The notes under the pieces: generated by a model
What the model was told of the DNA's origin: nothing
What the model saw: the letters and a program-made list of their open reading frames with translations, nothing else
Databases searched by the model: none
Source: Candidatus Melainabacteria bacterium 17Bon1m
GTDB taxonomy: Bacteria > Cyanobacteriota > Vampirovibrionia > Obscuribacterales > Obscuribacteraceae
Direction of reading: 5' to 3'
DNA: 64,000 nucleotides
Assembly: GCA_032128875.1 (NCBI GenBank)
Contig: JAVLKG010000007.1
Span: forward strand, 192,001-256,000
Part shown: one piece after another, positions 20,401-29,449 of the stretch
Layout: the number at the start of each line of letters is the position of its first letter
Numbering within the stretch: position 1 is the first letter of the stretch
Position numbers and translations under genes: made by a program

Positions 20401-20499
20401 TGCTTCCAGGAAGTCGAGATTCTCTTCTCCCGGAATGCCGAAGATGTACTCAACGCCCTCGTTTTCGAGAGCTTTGACTAGGAGTGTTGACGATTTCAT
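17443..20499 (-). CDS. Fusion: ThDP-dependent acetolactate-synthase-like decarboxylase + NAD(P)-dependent aldehyde dehydrogenase
   Basis: N-half FGIPGEEN, TRHEQ, GPGATN, GDGGFMMN...NDN; C-half AFNHP, FIGSAKVG, LEHGG, AGQVCVS, EIFGPV, PFGG; AAGGAG RBS before ATG 20499. Confidence 0.88.
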   Translation of the reverse strand: MKSSTLLVKALENEGVEYIFGIPGEENLDFLEALRTSKIKLILTRHEQAAGFMAATYGRLTGKPGVCLSTLGPGATNLVTAAAYANLGGMPLVMITGQKPIKKSKQGQFQIVDVVGMMRPLTKFTHQIVDGSRIPSIVREAFRLAAEERPGAVHIEFPEDIAAEEISDCDQPFAIHQAMRPYPDPTSIATACAMMSAAKHPLVLIGAGANRKRTRKALLDFVTKLGIPFVNTQMGVGVVDERNPLYIGTAALSNDDLVHHAIAKADLIINVGHDVVEKPPFFMERGGAKVLHVNFFSARVDDVYFPQHEVIGDIANTFYELTKNCEPSKSWDFEPFMEVKAYGDKLIELQSSAKSFPVVPSRLVSDVRAAMPSDGIVTLDNGLYKLWFARNYRAHGPNTLLLDNALATMGAGLPSAIAAKLIAPNQKVITVCGDGGFMMNSQELETAIRLKLDLVVVILNDNAYGMIKWKQTENKQENFGLDFNNPDFVTLASSYGAHGHRIERTEELLPKLKECLNAKGVHIIDVPIDYTSGEKLKLVDLDVAYLKAPKDKQPARERLEVRSPHDGSLIEGIELDGADNVEKALATAHALYKDQSKWLPPHQRIAIFERLAELLKRDRQSLIDTAVEEGGKPYNDTVVEIDRAVQGVKLGIDAINHLHGTEIPMGLTAASTNRKAFTFREPIGVVVSLSAFNHPINLIVHQVIPAIAAGCPVIVKPALNTPRSCVAFVKLLHEAGLPKEWCQVLLVNNKHSERLATDKRVGYLSFIGSAKVGWYLRSKLASGTRVALEHGGSAPVIIDASADIKDVIAPLVKGAFYHAGQVCVSSKRIFVPASRLDEFAKLITEKAKALKVGDPKSQDTEVGPLIRAGEVTRIDQWVKDAVAAGAKLMCGGNVIAPTYYEPTVLVNPPLDTKVSSDEIFGPVVCLYSYDNIDDAIKIANSLPFAFQAAVFAKDIDVAMHAVKQLNATAVMVNDHTAFRVDWMPFGGRADSGVGMGGIAYSAHEMSQEKLMVLKSSKL

Positions 20500-20964
20500 G
20501 CGGTCTCCTTGCGATTTCGAAAGAGCGCTCGGTGAAACTGACTCGCAGTTTTTGTGTATCTCGGTCATGGTTTCGCTGAGTTCTCCTTCGTGAAACGGCT
20601 TGAGAGTCGTTCCTTGGTTGGACTTAGTAAGCTGCAGTTCTACTGCGCGGGATTGTGCGGGTCGTTGGGTTGCGAAAAAAGACTGGTTCTTCGATGAGGT
20701 TTGTTCTTGTTGTTGAACTGCAATCTTTCAAAGCCTGTGGGCTTATATCAAGCTGCAAGCCGTAATTGTATTTCACCGTAAAGCTCTATGACCTGTTTCA
20801 CATATTCCCTAAATTTCTGCGCAAGCACGCGTATAAAAGGCGCACGTGCAAAGCGGTTGTCAAACGTGTGAGCGGTTCGCATCGTTTGTGCGGTTGGCGC
20901 GAGCGCTTGGCATGTGGGGCTCAGTGTGTTGGGTAAAGTGCAGGCGAACTGCAACATTCCTTTC

Positions 20965-21609
20965 CTATCTGGCGGTCAGTTCAAAGCCCGCATCCGTCTT
21001 TGTCAGCGGCAGAAATTCTTCGGCAATCGGATCGTAGATGTAGACCTGTCCCGTTTCAATTTCGTAGGTCCATGCGTGCAATTCGAGTTCTCGCTGCATT
21101 ATTCGTTTAGAAATGCAGGGCAAGGTGCGCAGATGCTCGATTTGAACAAGAACGTTTTCTTGAATGGCAATGTTCAAAACTCTTTCGAAATCTTGCTCAT
21201 GATAGTTGTCATCCAAAATTCTTTTAGTGTCTTCAGCATGTCTCAGCCAATGTGCCACCGCGGGCAGTTCCCCTAATGAATCTGGCTTCAAAAGGCCCTT
21301 AATTGCACCGCATTGAGAATGTCCGCAAATTATGATGTCTTTTACTTGTAACTCTCGCAATGCGTATTCAATCGAAGCCTCTTCGCCGCTCCATTCTCCA
21401 TAAGGCGGGACGATATTTCCCGCGTTGCGGATGACAAAAAGTTGTCCGGGCTCGCTTGTAGTAATGAGATTTGGCACGACGCGGGAGTCTGAACATGTGA
21501 TGAAGATGGCATCCGGGCTTTGACCCTTTGCCAGATGTTCGAAAAACTCTTGATTGATAGAGTGAATCTCTGACTGAAATTGATGCAAGCCGTGTAGAAG
21601 TTTTTCCAC
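20965..21609 (-). CDS. Beta-class carbonic anhydrase
   Basis: ITCSDSRV, RNAGN and GHSQCGA zinc ligands. Confidence 0.93.
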   Translation of the reverse strand: MEKLLHGLHQFQSEIHSINQEFFEHLAKGQSPDAIFITCSDSRVVPNLITTSEPGQLFVIRNAGNIVPPYGEWSGEEASIEYALRELQVKDIIICGHSQCGAIKGLLKPDSLGELPAVAHWLRHAEDTKRILDDNYHEQDFERVLNIAIQENVLVQIEHLRTLPCISKRIMQRELELHAWTYEIETGQVYIYDPIAEEFLPLTKTDAGFELTAR

Positions 21610-21931
21610 TGGAAACCTTTGTCTTTCGTAGATGCTGGACCGACATAATCATACAGGTGAAGCAAGAAACTTACTGTTTGTTTGACTGTGTTTGGCTGGC
21701 GGCCTTTGTGAAAAACGTACGGGTTTGCATTAAACGGGAGCGGAACGAGGCAGCATCAGGGTTTGCTGTAAGCGTACTGAATCGCTTTGTGACACTACAT
21801 CGGCTAGTAATGATGGTTCCAAGTGAAAACCTGATGGAGTGGGCATTTCACCCCATCAGGCTGAGTTTCGTCGCCATTTGCAGCGAAGTAAATTTTTAAC
21901 TTAGAGCTTCAATCGCTTACTTCTTCGCCAT

Positions 21932-22744
21932 TTACTTCAGCGCTTCAGTCGAGTGAAGCACCCCTGGCTCTTGTCCAACGGTCCACTTCAAGATTCGGAA
22001 GGTACCGTCGTATTCTTCGACCAGGGCGGTGCAGTTTTCCACCCAGTCGCCATCGTTCAGATAGAAGATGCCGCCTTTGTCTTTCATCGCCGGATAGTGA
22101 ATGTGGCCGCAAACAACTGCATCGGCGGCTTCGTTGCGTCCGTGTTTGACCACTGCATCTTCAAAGTTGGTGATGAACTGCATGGCGCCCTTGACCTGAC
22201 GCTTCATATAAGAGGCGAGCGACCAGTAAGGCAGACCGAGCTTTCTGCGCGCCATGTTCAGCCAACGGTTGAGGATGACTGTCATGTCGTAAGCCCAGCT
22301 GCCGAAGTGAGCCAGCCATTTCCCGTAGCGAACGACACCGTCGAATTCGTCACCATGAATGATTAGAATCCGTTTGCCGCCCGCGGTGATGTGCCGTTCG
22401 TGATTGCGTACCGGAATTTGGCCAACGATGATGCCGTTGTAGTCGCGCGCAAATTCGTCGTGGTTGCCGGGTATGAAAACCACGTTCGTTCCCTTTCGCG
22501 CCTTGCGCAAGAGCTTCTGCACAACATCGTTGTGAGCTTGCGGCCAATACCAGCGTTGTTTCAAGCGCCAGCCATCGATGATGTCGCCAACAAGATAGAG
22601 ATTATCGCTTTCCGTTCGCTTTAAGAAATCGAGAAGAGTGTCCGCCTGGCAGCCGTAGGTGCCAAGGTGAACGTCGGAGATGAAGATGCTGCGAAAACGC
22701 AGACGCATATCTTCATTGATCGGTGATATCTGCGGAGCATTCAT
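21932..22744 (-). CDS. UDP-2,3-diacylglucosamine diphosphatase-like (LpxH-like) metallophosphoesterase
   Basis: ISDVHLG, VGDIIDGW, PGNHD, HGD, CGHIH, NDGDWVE. Confidence 0.85.
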   Translation of the reverse strand: MNAPQISPINEDMRLRFRSIFISDVHLGTYGCQADTLLDFLKRTESDNLYLVGDIIDGWRLKQRWYWPQAHNDVVQKLLRKARKGTNVVFIPGNHDEFARDYNGIIVGQIPVRNHERHITAGGKRILIIHGDEFDGVVRYGKWLAHFGSWAYDMTVILNRWLNMARRKLGLPYWSLASYMKRQVKGAMQFITNFEDAVVKHGRNEAADAVVCGHIHYPAMKDKGGIFYLNDGDWVENCTALVEEYDGTFRILKWTVGQEPGVLHSTEALK

Positions 22745-23232
22745 AAGACTTCTCCTGTTTTGAGAACTGCGCTAGCCGCTCTGGTCAACACCTGGAGGCA
22801 CCCAGTCCCGGGGGGAGACTTGAGTGAATGAAGCAGTAGAAGGAAGAAATGCTGGTTTGGTAAGAGATTCCAGATGAATGAAAATGAGCGGATGATTAAA
22901 CCTAACAATCAGCCAATTTAGAGTCGCGTTTTTGTATCGGAGTTTGTTTGATGTGTGTGTGCCAAAAGTGCTACCAAAAGCCACTCTGCTAGTGATCGAA
23001 CTTTGCAGTTGATCAAATCTTTCTATTTATTTTTGATTGATTGGGGTGGCCCAGTTTGCGCATGCCACCGTATATAGAGGCATCATGTTTTGGTTATGGT
23101 TGGGTTAAGAGGCGCGTAACGATTGCCTTTACGCTGTTTCTTCACATTCGCAATCATTGAATGCATAGTCAGCGCAGACAATGCTTGTATGGTGCGCGAT
23201 GTAGCGCGACCACCTTGCAGCCATGGAAAGAG

Positions 23233-23274
23233 AAAAAGTAGCAAGGGCATTGTTAGCGGACAATGCCCTTGCTA
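23233..23274 (-). terminator. Intrinsic terminator
   Basis: TAGCAAGGGCATTGT/ACAATGCCCTTGCTA stem with A-run on the + strand. Confidence 0.7.
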
Positions 23275-23312
23275 GACCGTGATCGGGTTGGAGTTTCAGG
23301 GTGTAGAGCAGA

Positions 23313-23675
23313 TCACTGGTCAGATGAAACTTCCTGGTTGGAATCTAATTCTGCGAGTATTTCTTCTTTGACTGAAAGGATCTCGTCAGGAGACAAACCG
23401 GCCGTGTAATGGACGGCTGCAGAAAGTCTGTCTTTGTCATCTTTTGATAATTCGGTCCGTGCGGCTTGTTGAAGGTCTGAAGTCTCGTAAAGGTCGACCA
23501 ATTCAAAGCCGTTTCCTTCATCAATCAAGATTGCTAGAAGACCTTCTTCCGGAGCAATTTCAGCCACGTCTGAAATTGGGCCGACAAACTCATAGTTGCC
23601 GACCAGTATGGATAGGAGTTCGGCGCTGTCCAGTGTGGATTCAGCCGATTCAAATTCTTCCGCAGTTAGATTCAT
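23313..23675 (-). CDS. Acidic hypothetical protein, possibly a degenerate GIY-YIG-like fold
   Basis: YEFVGP...EGLLAIL...VDLYET pattern; terminator downstream. Confidence 0.55.
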   Translation of the reverse strand: MNLTAEEFESAESTLDSAELLSILVGNYEFVGPISDVAEIAPEEGLLAILIDEGNGFELVDLYETSDLQQAARTELSKDDKDRLSAAVHYTAGLSPDEILSVKEEILAELDSNQEVSSDQ

Positions 23676-24076
23676 GTCGATTGAACAAAGCTACTTTCTA
23701 GGTAAGTTGTTGCGGGTATTTTCCGCTGTGCTTACTAAGGTGAGGTTAAGAGCTTTGAACGCGTAACAAAAACTGTAAAGTGCCGACGAATACTTGCTTC
23801 ACACCGAGCCGTGTAAAGCGTTAAATACTCTTGCTTCGTACTTGCCGTTTTTCGTTTGGTTATGCTCGACGGCAACTCTGGCGGCGTGCGGGTTGTTTTT
23901 CATAACTGGAAATCGAGTGCTTTAATTTGGTGAGAAACTCAATTGAGCGCCGGTGGTTTTGCTCGCAATTGTCCGTGATAGTAAAAGATATTAGCTGTGA
24001 TAGTAGAATGGTGCCCGAAAGGAAAAGGGCTAGCGCGATTGGACGCGATAGCCCTCTCCAGTAAAGGTGTCACCGC

Positions 24077-24244
24077 TTAGCGGTGAGGACGTCCGTTGAT
24101 GCGGTTGTCAAATGCACGGCGCTGCTCTTCTTCGGTGAGCTCTGTCCGTCGCTTCACTGCCAAACTGGCAATGTGTTTCACGCCCAAGATGAGCGAAATT
24201 GCGAGGAAAAGGAAGAGTAGGATAACGGGGATCGCCGGGTTCAT
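24077..24244 (-). CDS. Small membrane protein (55 aa), not in ORF track
   Basis: MNPAIPVILLFLFLAISLILGVKHIASLAVKRRTELTEEEQRRAFDNRINGRPHR*, GGAGA RBS, hairpin at 24023-24056. Confidence 0.6.
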   Translation of the reverse strand: MNPAIPVILLFLFLAISLILGVKHIASLAVKRRTELTEEEQRRAFDNRINGRPHR

Positions 24245-24443
24245 TGGACGATCTCCACGTTTGCAGTTGTACGAACTGCCAGTGACATTCTTTTATTCCT
24301 TCGATGACACGGGGCGTTTTCCTTTTTGCCCCGCGTGCTTCTGTTCTGTGCGGGCTAAAAGTCGAGAACGGCTGCCTCAATCAGGTGCGAGGTGTTTGAC
24401 TCCCTCGAACCTGTTGAGACAACCGTTTCAACTTCTTCCGCCG

Positions 24444-25115
24444 TTAGATCTGAACGATAGTTGCCGTGCGGGTCTCGGTGTCGATATCGACAACGATTAC
24501 CGTGGGCACGCGCTTGTAGCCTTCGTCAGTGCTGGCCGCGTTGATGCAGAGAGTGTCATTGACCATCTCTTCACCACGCATGCCGTGCACGTGACCGAAT
24601 ACATGGAGGATCGGTGAGATCTCTTCCATGCGCCAACGCAGCTGCGCGCAACCGACCTGCTCGCCACGCGGCAAGACCATGTCGCGCACCGTGTTTGGTG
24701 GCGTGTGGGTGATCAGCACGTCGACGTCATTCGGAATGGCAGACCACTTTGCCTTCAGCTCGAGAGAGCCGCGAGGCAGGTTGAATGCCCAATTTCGGTA
24801 TTCCGGCTGCCAGGGGCTGCCGTAGAATTTCACGCCTTCGATGACGATTTCCCTGTCTTCCAGGTACGTCGCTGCTGTCAGTTCAGCGATTGCCTCCTCG
24901 CGCTGGCGCTCGAAAGGCCAGTCGTGATTGCCGGGGACAACCAGTTTGTGCTTGTGCGGCAACTTCTGCAGTTCGGCATTGAAAGCGGTGATCGCCTTCA
25001 GTTTTTTGCCGCGCATCATGTCCCCGCTGTGGATGAAGACGTCTCCGTCCGGAATCACCCACTTTGAGAGCGGGTGATGATGTGTATCGCTCATCAGCAC
25101 GAGTCTCAGTTTCAT
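24444..25115 (-). CDS. Calcineurin-like metallophosphoesterase (MPPED/239FB-like)
   Basis: SDTH, HSGD, PGNHD, YGSPWQP, LITHTPP, HVFGHVH. Confidence 0.88.
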   Translation of the reverse strand: MKLRLVLMSDTHHHPLSKWVIPDGDVFIHSGDMMRGKKLKAITAFNAELQKLPHKHKLVVPGNHDWPFERQREEAIAELTAATYLEDREIVIEGVKFYGSPWQPEYRNWAFNLPRGSLELKAKWSAIPNDVDVLITHTPPNTVRDMVLPRGEQVGCAQLRWRMEEISPILHVFGHVHGMRGEEMVNDTLCINAASTDEGYKRVPTVIVVDIDTETRTATIVQI

Positions 25116-25311
25116 AGGTGGTACCTCAGTCTAATTTCTTACTCCGACAGCAAGAGCGCTGTCGGAGGGAGAGGGCGGCACGAATGTCGCCCCTCGTTTT
25201 GTTCGAACGAGTAACAACGCTCGTCGTTTTGCGACAGCGCTCTTGTTCGAATGAAGTCTGATGCGGCGCGGATGTAATCCGGTGGAACCGAACCCAGCCG
25301 CTTACATCAGA

Positions 25312-25890
25312 TTACTTGCTGCCGGTCGTCCACTGGAAGCCGAAGCCGTAATGGGCATCGCAGTCCTGGTGACCGCGGAAGTATTGCTCTTCCTTGGTCA
25401 GCGAGATCTGCCCGTCCTTGACGGAGACCTGCGCCAGAGCGCAGAAGGTCTTGCCGCTGGTGGAGTTGTTCAGGTCGATCGTCACGGTGTCGGCGCCGGT
25501 CACTGCCATGGTCACGCGCGTCTTCAGCTTGGCGAAGTCGGACGAGCCCTCGTAGAAGTAGGCGAAGAGGACCAGGCGCTTGATGCGGTCGGGGCGCAGG
25601 ATCTCGAGATTCTCGCCGTCGGCGGAAGCGCCGCTGCGGTCGTCCTTGTCCAGCGCGATGAAGGGGTCGGCGGTGCGGGAGCCGAAGAGGTTGCCCAGCG
25701 CCTGGATGACGCCCTTGCTGCCGTCGACCAGCTCGTACATGCAGCCCAGGTCGAGGTCCTGATTGCCGCCGCCGCCGAACCAGCCCTTCTTCGCGGCCTC
25801 CCACTTGAGGTTGACCTTGATGTTTTGCGGGGCTTCCTTCTTGAGGCTGACCTTGTGTGAGTCACCGGATTTTGCGAGGCTGATAGCCAT
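25312..25890 (-). CDS. Ter stress-response protein (TerA/TerD family)
   Basis: MAISLAK, KVNLKW, DLDLGCMYEL..GSKGVIQALGNLFG, LDKDDRSG..DGENL, YGFGFQWTTGSK; AAGGAG RBS. Confidence 0.85.
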   Translation of the reverse strand: MAISLAKSGDSHKVSLKKEAPQNIKVNLKWEAAKKGWFGGGGNQDLDLGCMYELVDGSKGVIQALGNLFGSRTADPFIALDKDDRSGASADGENLEILRPDRIKRLVLFAYFYEGSSDFAKLKTRVTMAVTGADTVTIDLNNSTSGKTFCALAQVSVKDGQISLTKEEQYFRGHQDCDAHYGFGFQWTTGSK

Positions 25891-26100
25891 GTGAATTCTC
25901 CTTGGTTTTGGAAACGAGAACTGTGCGTGGGAATGTCGGTGTGACATCATCGGCAAGGCGCAAGAAAACTCACGCCTCGCCGGTGAACGAGTGATGATTC
26001 GATTGACTGGAGCGCTGCCATCTTCGCGGCTCGAAATGCCGGCGAAGCCGGCGCTGCGGCCGATCAGAAGCCCATGCTCTCGCTTGCTAGAGTCCGCGAC

Positions 26101-27327
26101 TTAGTAGTGCGGCTCCGGGTCGGGCACCTTGGTGATCGGCGCCGGGTCCGGAATTTCTTTCATCAGGTCGAGCGGCAGCGCCAGCGTGGAGCAGCCGCGG
26201 TCCTGCGGGAATTCCGTCTTCTCGATGGCGTCGCCGAATTGTGCGTTCTGCAGGACTTTCACCTTGAGGCAGCCGGCTTCGGTGTAAGTGTTGACTTCGA
26301 CGAGCTTCGAGTCTTCAGTGGGCAAGCCGTCCTTTGACTCGTAGCTGAAGTTGGGAACCGTCTTGCCGGCGTGCTTTGCGTCGGTGTAGAACCACAGCTT
26401 CCAGTACGGCTTTTCATTGGCGTCGATACGCGCGACGCTGTAGAGCTGCCAGACGCTCTCGGCGCCCTTCTTGGCGTCGTAAGGATTCATGCGCTGCCAG
26501 AACTGCTGGTACTTCGGCACGCCGTTCTCGTAGACGAAAACGTCCATGCCGCCGAAGCCGATGACGCGCTTCTGAGTCGGCTTGCCGTCGGGTCCGAAGT
26601 AGACGACTGTGAACTTGGTGGATTCCATGGTCACATCCATCTTCGGCTTGCCGGTGTCGCCGTAGTACTCGACCTTCTTCGTTCGGAAAATCGAGCGAAG
26701 CACGTACTTCACCGGATTTCCGTTCTCGGCGAAAGTCTTTTCCTCGATGCCGTCTTTGGTCTTCTCCCCGATGTAGAGAAGGAGCCCATTTTCCGTTGTG
26801 ACACGGTGATACAGCGCAGAACCATCTGTCGCGAGCAGTGTGCGCTCGTTTTCCGTCGTGCCGTCCTTGAAATACGTCACGATGGAATAAGTGCCATCCG
26901 CCAGCCGTTCGCCGACGCGCTTGCGCGTGCCGTCGCCCCAGAAGGCAGAGTCGCTGGTGTACGTGACTCCATCGAGTCCTATGGTGGCGCGCCACTTGAG
27001 CTGCATTGGCATGTAGGGCATCGATTTGTAGAAAACTTCGATGCGCTCGATGGTACCGTCGTCGCGATGATATTCACGTCCGGTGTCGCCGTTCTTGAAG
27101 TCGACGCTGGCGTCCTTCGGGAACAGGCGATCGGGCGAAAGTTCCGTGACGCGGAGCTCAACACCCACCTTGCTGTCAGGCAAGTCGATGGAGTGAGGCA
27201 GACGGCCAGGGAACGCGCCCGCGGTCAAATCAGCAGTGCTTGTGCTCTGCCCGTTCAACCCAACTGCTGCAATGCCTGCAATGAGCAGTGCCGCGGCAGC
27301 AGCAGTGATTAGTGATTTGGTATTCAT
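26101..27327 (-). CDS. Exported beta-hairpin-repeat (MORN/YwqK-like) protein
   Basis: Signal/TM N-terminus; repeated FWGDGT, YFKDGT, FAENGN, YFGPDGK, YENGV turns; AGGAG RBS. Confidence 0.65.
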   Translation of the reverse strand: MNTKSLITAAAAALLIAGIAAVGLNGQSTSTADLTAGAFPGRLPHSIDLPDSKVGVELRVTELSPDRLFPKDASVDFKNGDTGREYHRDDGTIERIEVFYKSMPYMPMQLKWRATIGLDGVTYTSDSAFWGDGTRKRVGERLADGTYSIVTYFKDGTTENERTLLATDGSALYHRVTTENGLLLYIGEKTKDGIEEKTFAENGNPVKYVLRSIFRTKKVEYYGDTGKPKMDVTMESTKFTVVYFGPDGKPTQKRVIGFGGMDVFVYENGVPKYQQFWQRMNPYDAKKGAESVWQLYSVARIDANEKPYWKLWFYTDAKHAGKTVPNFSYESKDGLPTEDSKLVEVNTYTEAGCLKVKVLQNAQFGDAIEKTEFPQDRGCSTLALPLDLMKEIPDPAPITKVPDPEPHY

Positions 27328-27906
27328 GCGAGACTCCTGTGAGTCCGGTTGCATTTAGCGGGCACCTAGCTCTCGCCTAGCGTCCGCTGGTTTACTTGAA
27401 ACAGGTGGCAAGATGGCGCCCCCTCGTGGATTCGGCTATGCGCGAAAGTACCCATTCCCGACAAAAACTTGATTCGCGCGTTTCAATCCGACGCCGTCTG
27501 ACTCGCGTGTGCGAGCTTTCATGCGTGACGTGCGTGCGGAGTGTTCCTGGTTTTGGGCTTATGAGAAGAATTGGGGATGGGGCATAGGATCTAGAACCTA
27601 CTCTTCGAAATACCTGATAAAAAGCATGTGTTCGTTGATGTAAAGATATAAATTAACGAGTTGAATTAAAAACTGATGGGCAAAAGCAGTGATTACTAAC
27701 TACTACTTATTTTGCTAGCAAAAGCTTTTACAAGAACTAATTACATAGTCGCTCGTACAGCTTGCGCTGGACTGAGCGATCGGTATTTGAGTGGGTGCGT
27801 TGCCGATTTGTTGCTGCGAATGTTTTCTGCAGCAACCTTTGCGCAACTTCGCAGGCATAAAGTTAAGCAGCGTTATAAAACGCAGCGATTGAGGAAAAAA
27901 GCAGTG

Positions 27907-28482
27907 ATGAAAACCCCTAACCATCAGCAATTTGGTGAGCCCAATCTCACAATCACTCCGGCTCAATATGTTTGTGCAGAACCAGACGACAGAGGTCCAC
28001 TGGCAATAAAACCGTCATACAAGCGAACGAACAAACAAAGGGTTCGCGCACTGACAGAATTGATAGTCCAACTTCCTGAGGGCGGAACCCGCGAAATTGT
28101 CAGCGAAGCATCCACTGCCATCATCAATGGAGAAGGCGATATAAAGCACTTGCGCGCGCTCACCATGTCCGCTGCCAGGCAATTGCGCACTATGTATTTG
28201 TCCGGTGGAGAAAGAGCTTCGCTTGCTGATATGAGATGGAAAATACGCGATTTTGTCTGGACGAGTTTTGGACTGCAACTGTCGATCGGTCCTCGCGGCC
28301 TGCATTTAGGCGAAGGGAAGGGACCGGATGAGCTGAATGCTTTTCTTCGCATTGAATCAAACGGTCAAATTTGGGCCGGTGAAACATATGAAGATGCGCC
28401 TGTCCAGTCGAATACGTATCCGCTAACGACGGAAGAAGTCTTTCAACGTTTGAGCGAAAAGCTGCTCACGTTTCTCTATTGA
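27907..28482 (+). CDS. Hypothetical protein (start uncertain)
   Basis: Open frame 27712..28482; first ATG with coding-like sequence taken as 27907. Confidence 0.55.
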   Translation: MKTPNHQQFGEPNLTITPAQYVCAEPDDRGPLAIKPSYKRTNKQRVRALTELIVQLPEGGTREIVSEASTAIINGEGDIKHLRALTMSAARQLRTMYLSGGERASLADMRWKIRDFVWTSFGLQLSIGPRGLHLGEGKGPDELNAFLRIESNGQIWAGETYEDAPVQSNTYPLTTEEVFQRLSEKLLTFLY

Positions 28483-28557
28483 ACTATAACAATCGAGCTT
28501 ATACTCGATCGCAGCGCATCGGATTCCGTTGTCGCATGCTATCAGCTTTTCGGCGAT

Positions 28558-29418
28558 TTAGTCGCAATCGAAATCTTCCGGAGAATAGTTGAGAATTGCC
28601 ACTTCGGCTACTCTTCCGCGCTTGTCGGCTTTACTGTTGATTGCTCGATTTGCATAAACGGTCTCAATGTTGAACGCGTCATAGAGTTCGCGAATGAAAG
28701 GCGTATCCGAATTGCTGAGCATTGCGTAACAGCCTTTATCCGTAAGCTTCTTGAACACGTCTCTGAGTCGTTCTTGATCTGACTCACCAAACGAATTTCG
28801 AGTGTATCCGGTGAAGCTCGACGTTGTGCTCAGCGGCTGGTAGGGCGGATCTAAGTAAATAAAGTCGCCGCGTTTTGCTTGTGATAATACAGCCTCAAAA
28901 TTGGCTGTATTGATCTTGGCATTGCACAATGCTCTCTCGGCTGCGCGTAAGTTTACTTCATCGCAGATCTTGGGATTTTCGTATCTGCCGAAAGGTACAT
29001 TGAATTGCCCTTTGCGGTTGACTCTGTACAAGCCGTTGAAACAAGTTTTGTTCAAAAATATCAGACGCGCGGCGCGCTCTGCGGGTGATAGATCCGCAAC
29101 ATCCATCGCCCGTACCTTGTAGAAATGCTCGCTGTCATTCTTATGCTTTTTGAGATAGCGGATGACGGAAGGCAGTTCGTTTTTCACCATGTTGTAGCAA
29201 TTGATTAGCTCAACATTTTGGTCAGATAAAGTTGCGCGCAAGTTCGGGTTTTTTGCCACCATGTGGAAAAACACCGCACCACCGCCTAAGAATGGCTCGA
29301 AATATCGATTGAATTCAGCCGGGAAAAGTCTTGTGTAATGCTTGAGCAACTGGGTTTTGCCGCCCGCCCATTTAACGATTGGAGACGCGACCGGATAAAT
29401 GCCACGCTGCCCTGCCAT
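28558..29418 (-). CDS. Dam/DpnM-type N6-adenine DNA methyltransferase (orphan)
   Basis: KWAGGKTQL, EPFLGGGAVF, NKTCFNGLYRVN, YLDPPY, MLSNS. Confidence 0.92.
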   Translation of the reverse strand: MAGQRGIYPVASPIVKWAGGKTQLLKHYTRLFPAEFNRYFEPFLGGGAVFFHMVAKNPNLRATLSDQNVELINCYNMVKNELPSVIRYLKKHKNDSEHFYKVRAMDVADLSPAERAARLIFLNKTCFNGLYRVNRKGQFNVPFGRYENPKICDEVNLRAAERALCNAKINTANFEAVLSQAKRGDFIYLDPPYQPLSTTSSFTGYTRNSFGESDQERLRDVFKKLTDKGCYAMLSNSDTPFIRELYDAFNIETVYANRAINSKADKRGRVAEVAILNYSPEDFDCD

Positions 29419-29449
29419 AAAGCCGGCACGCTGGCGTGCCGTAGCAGCG

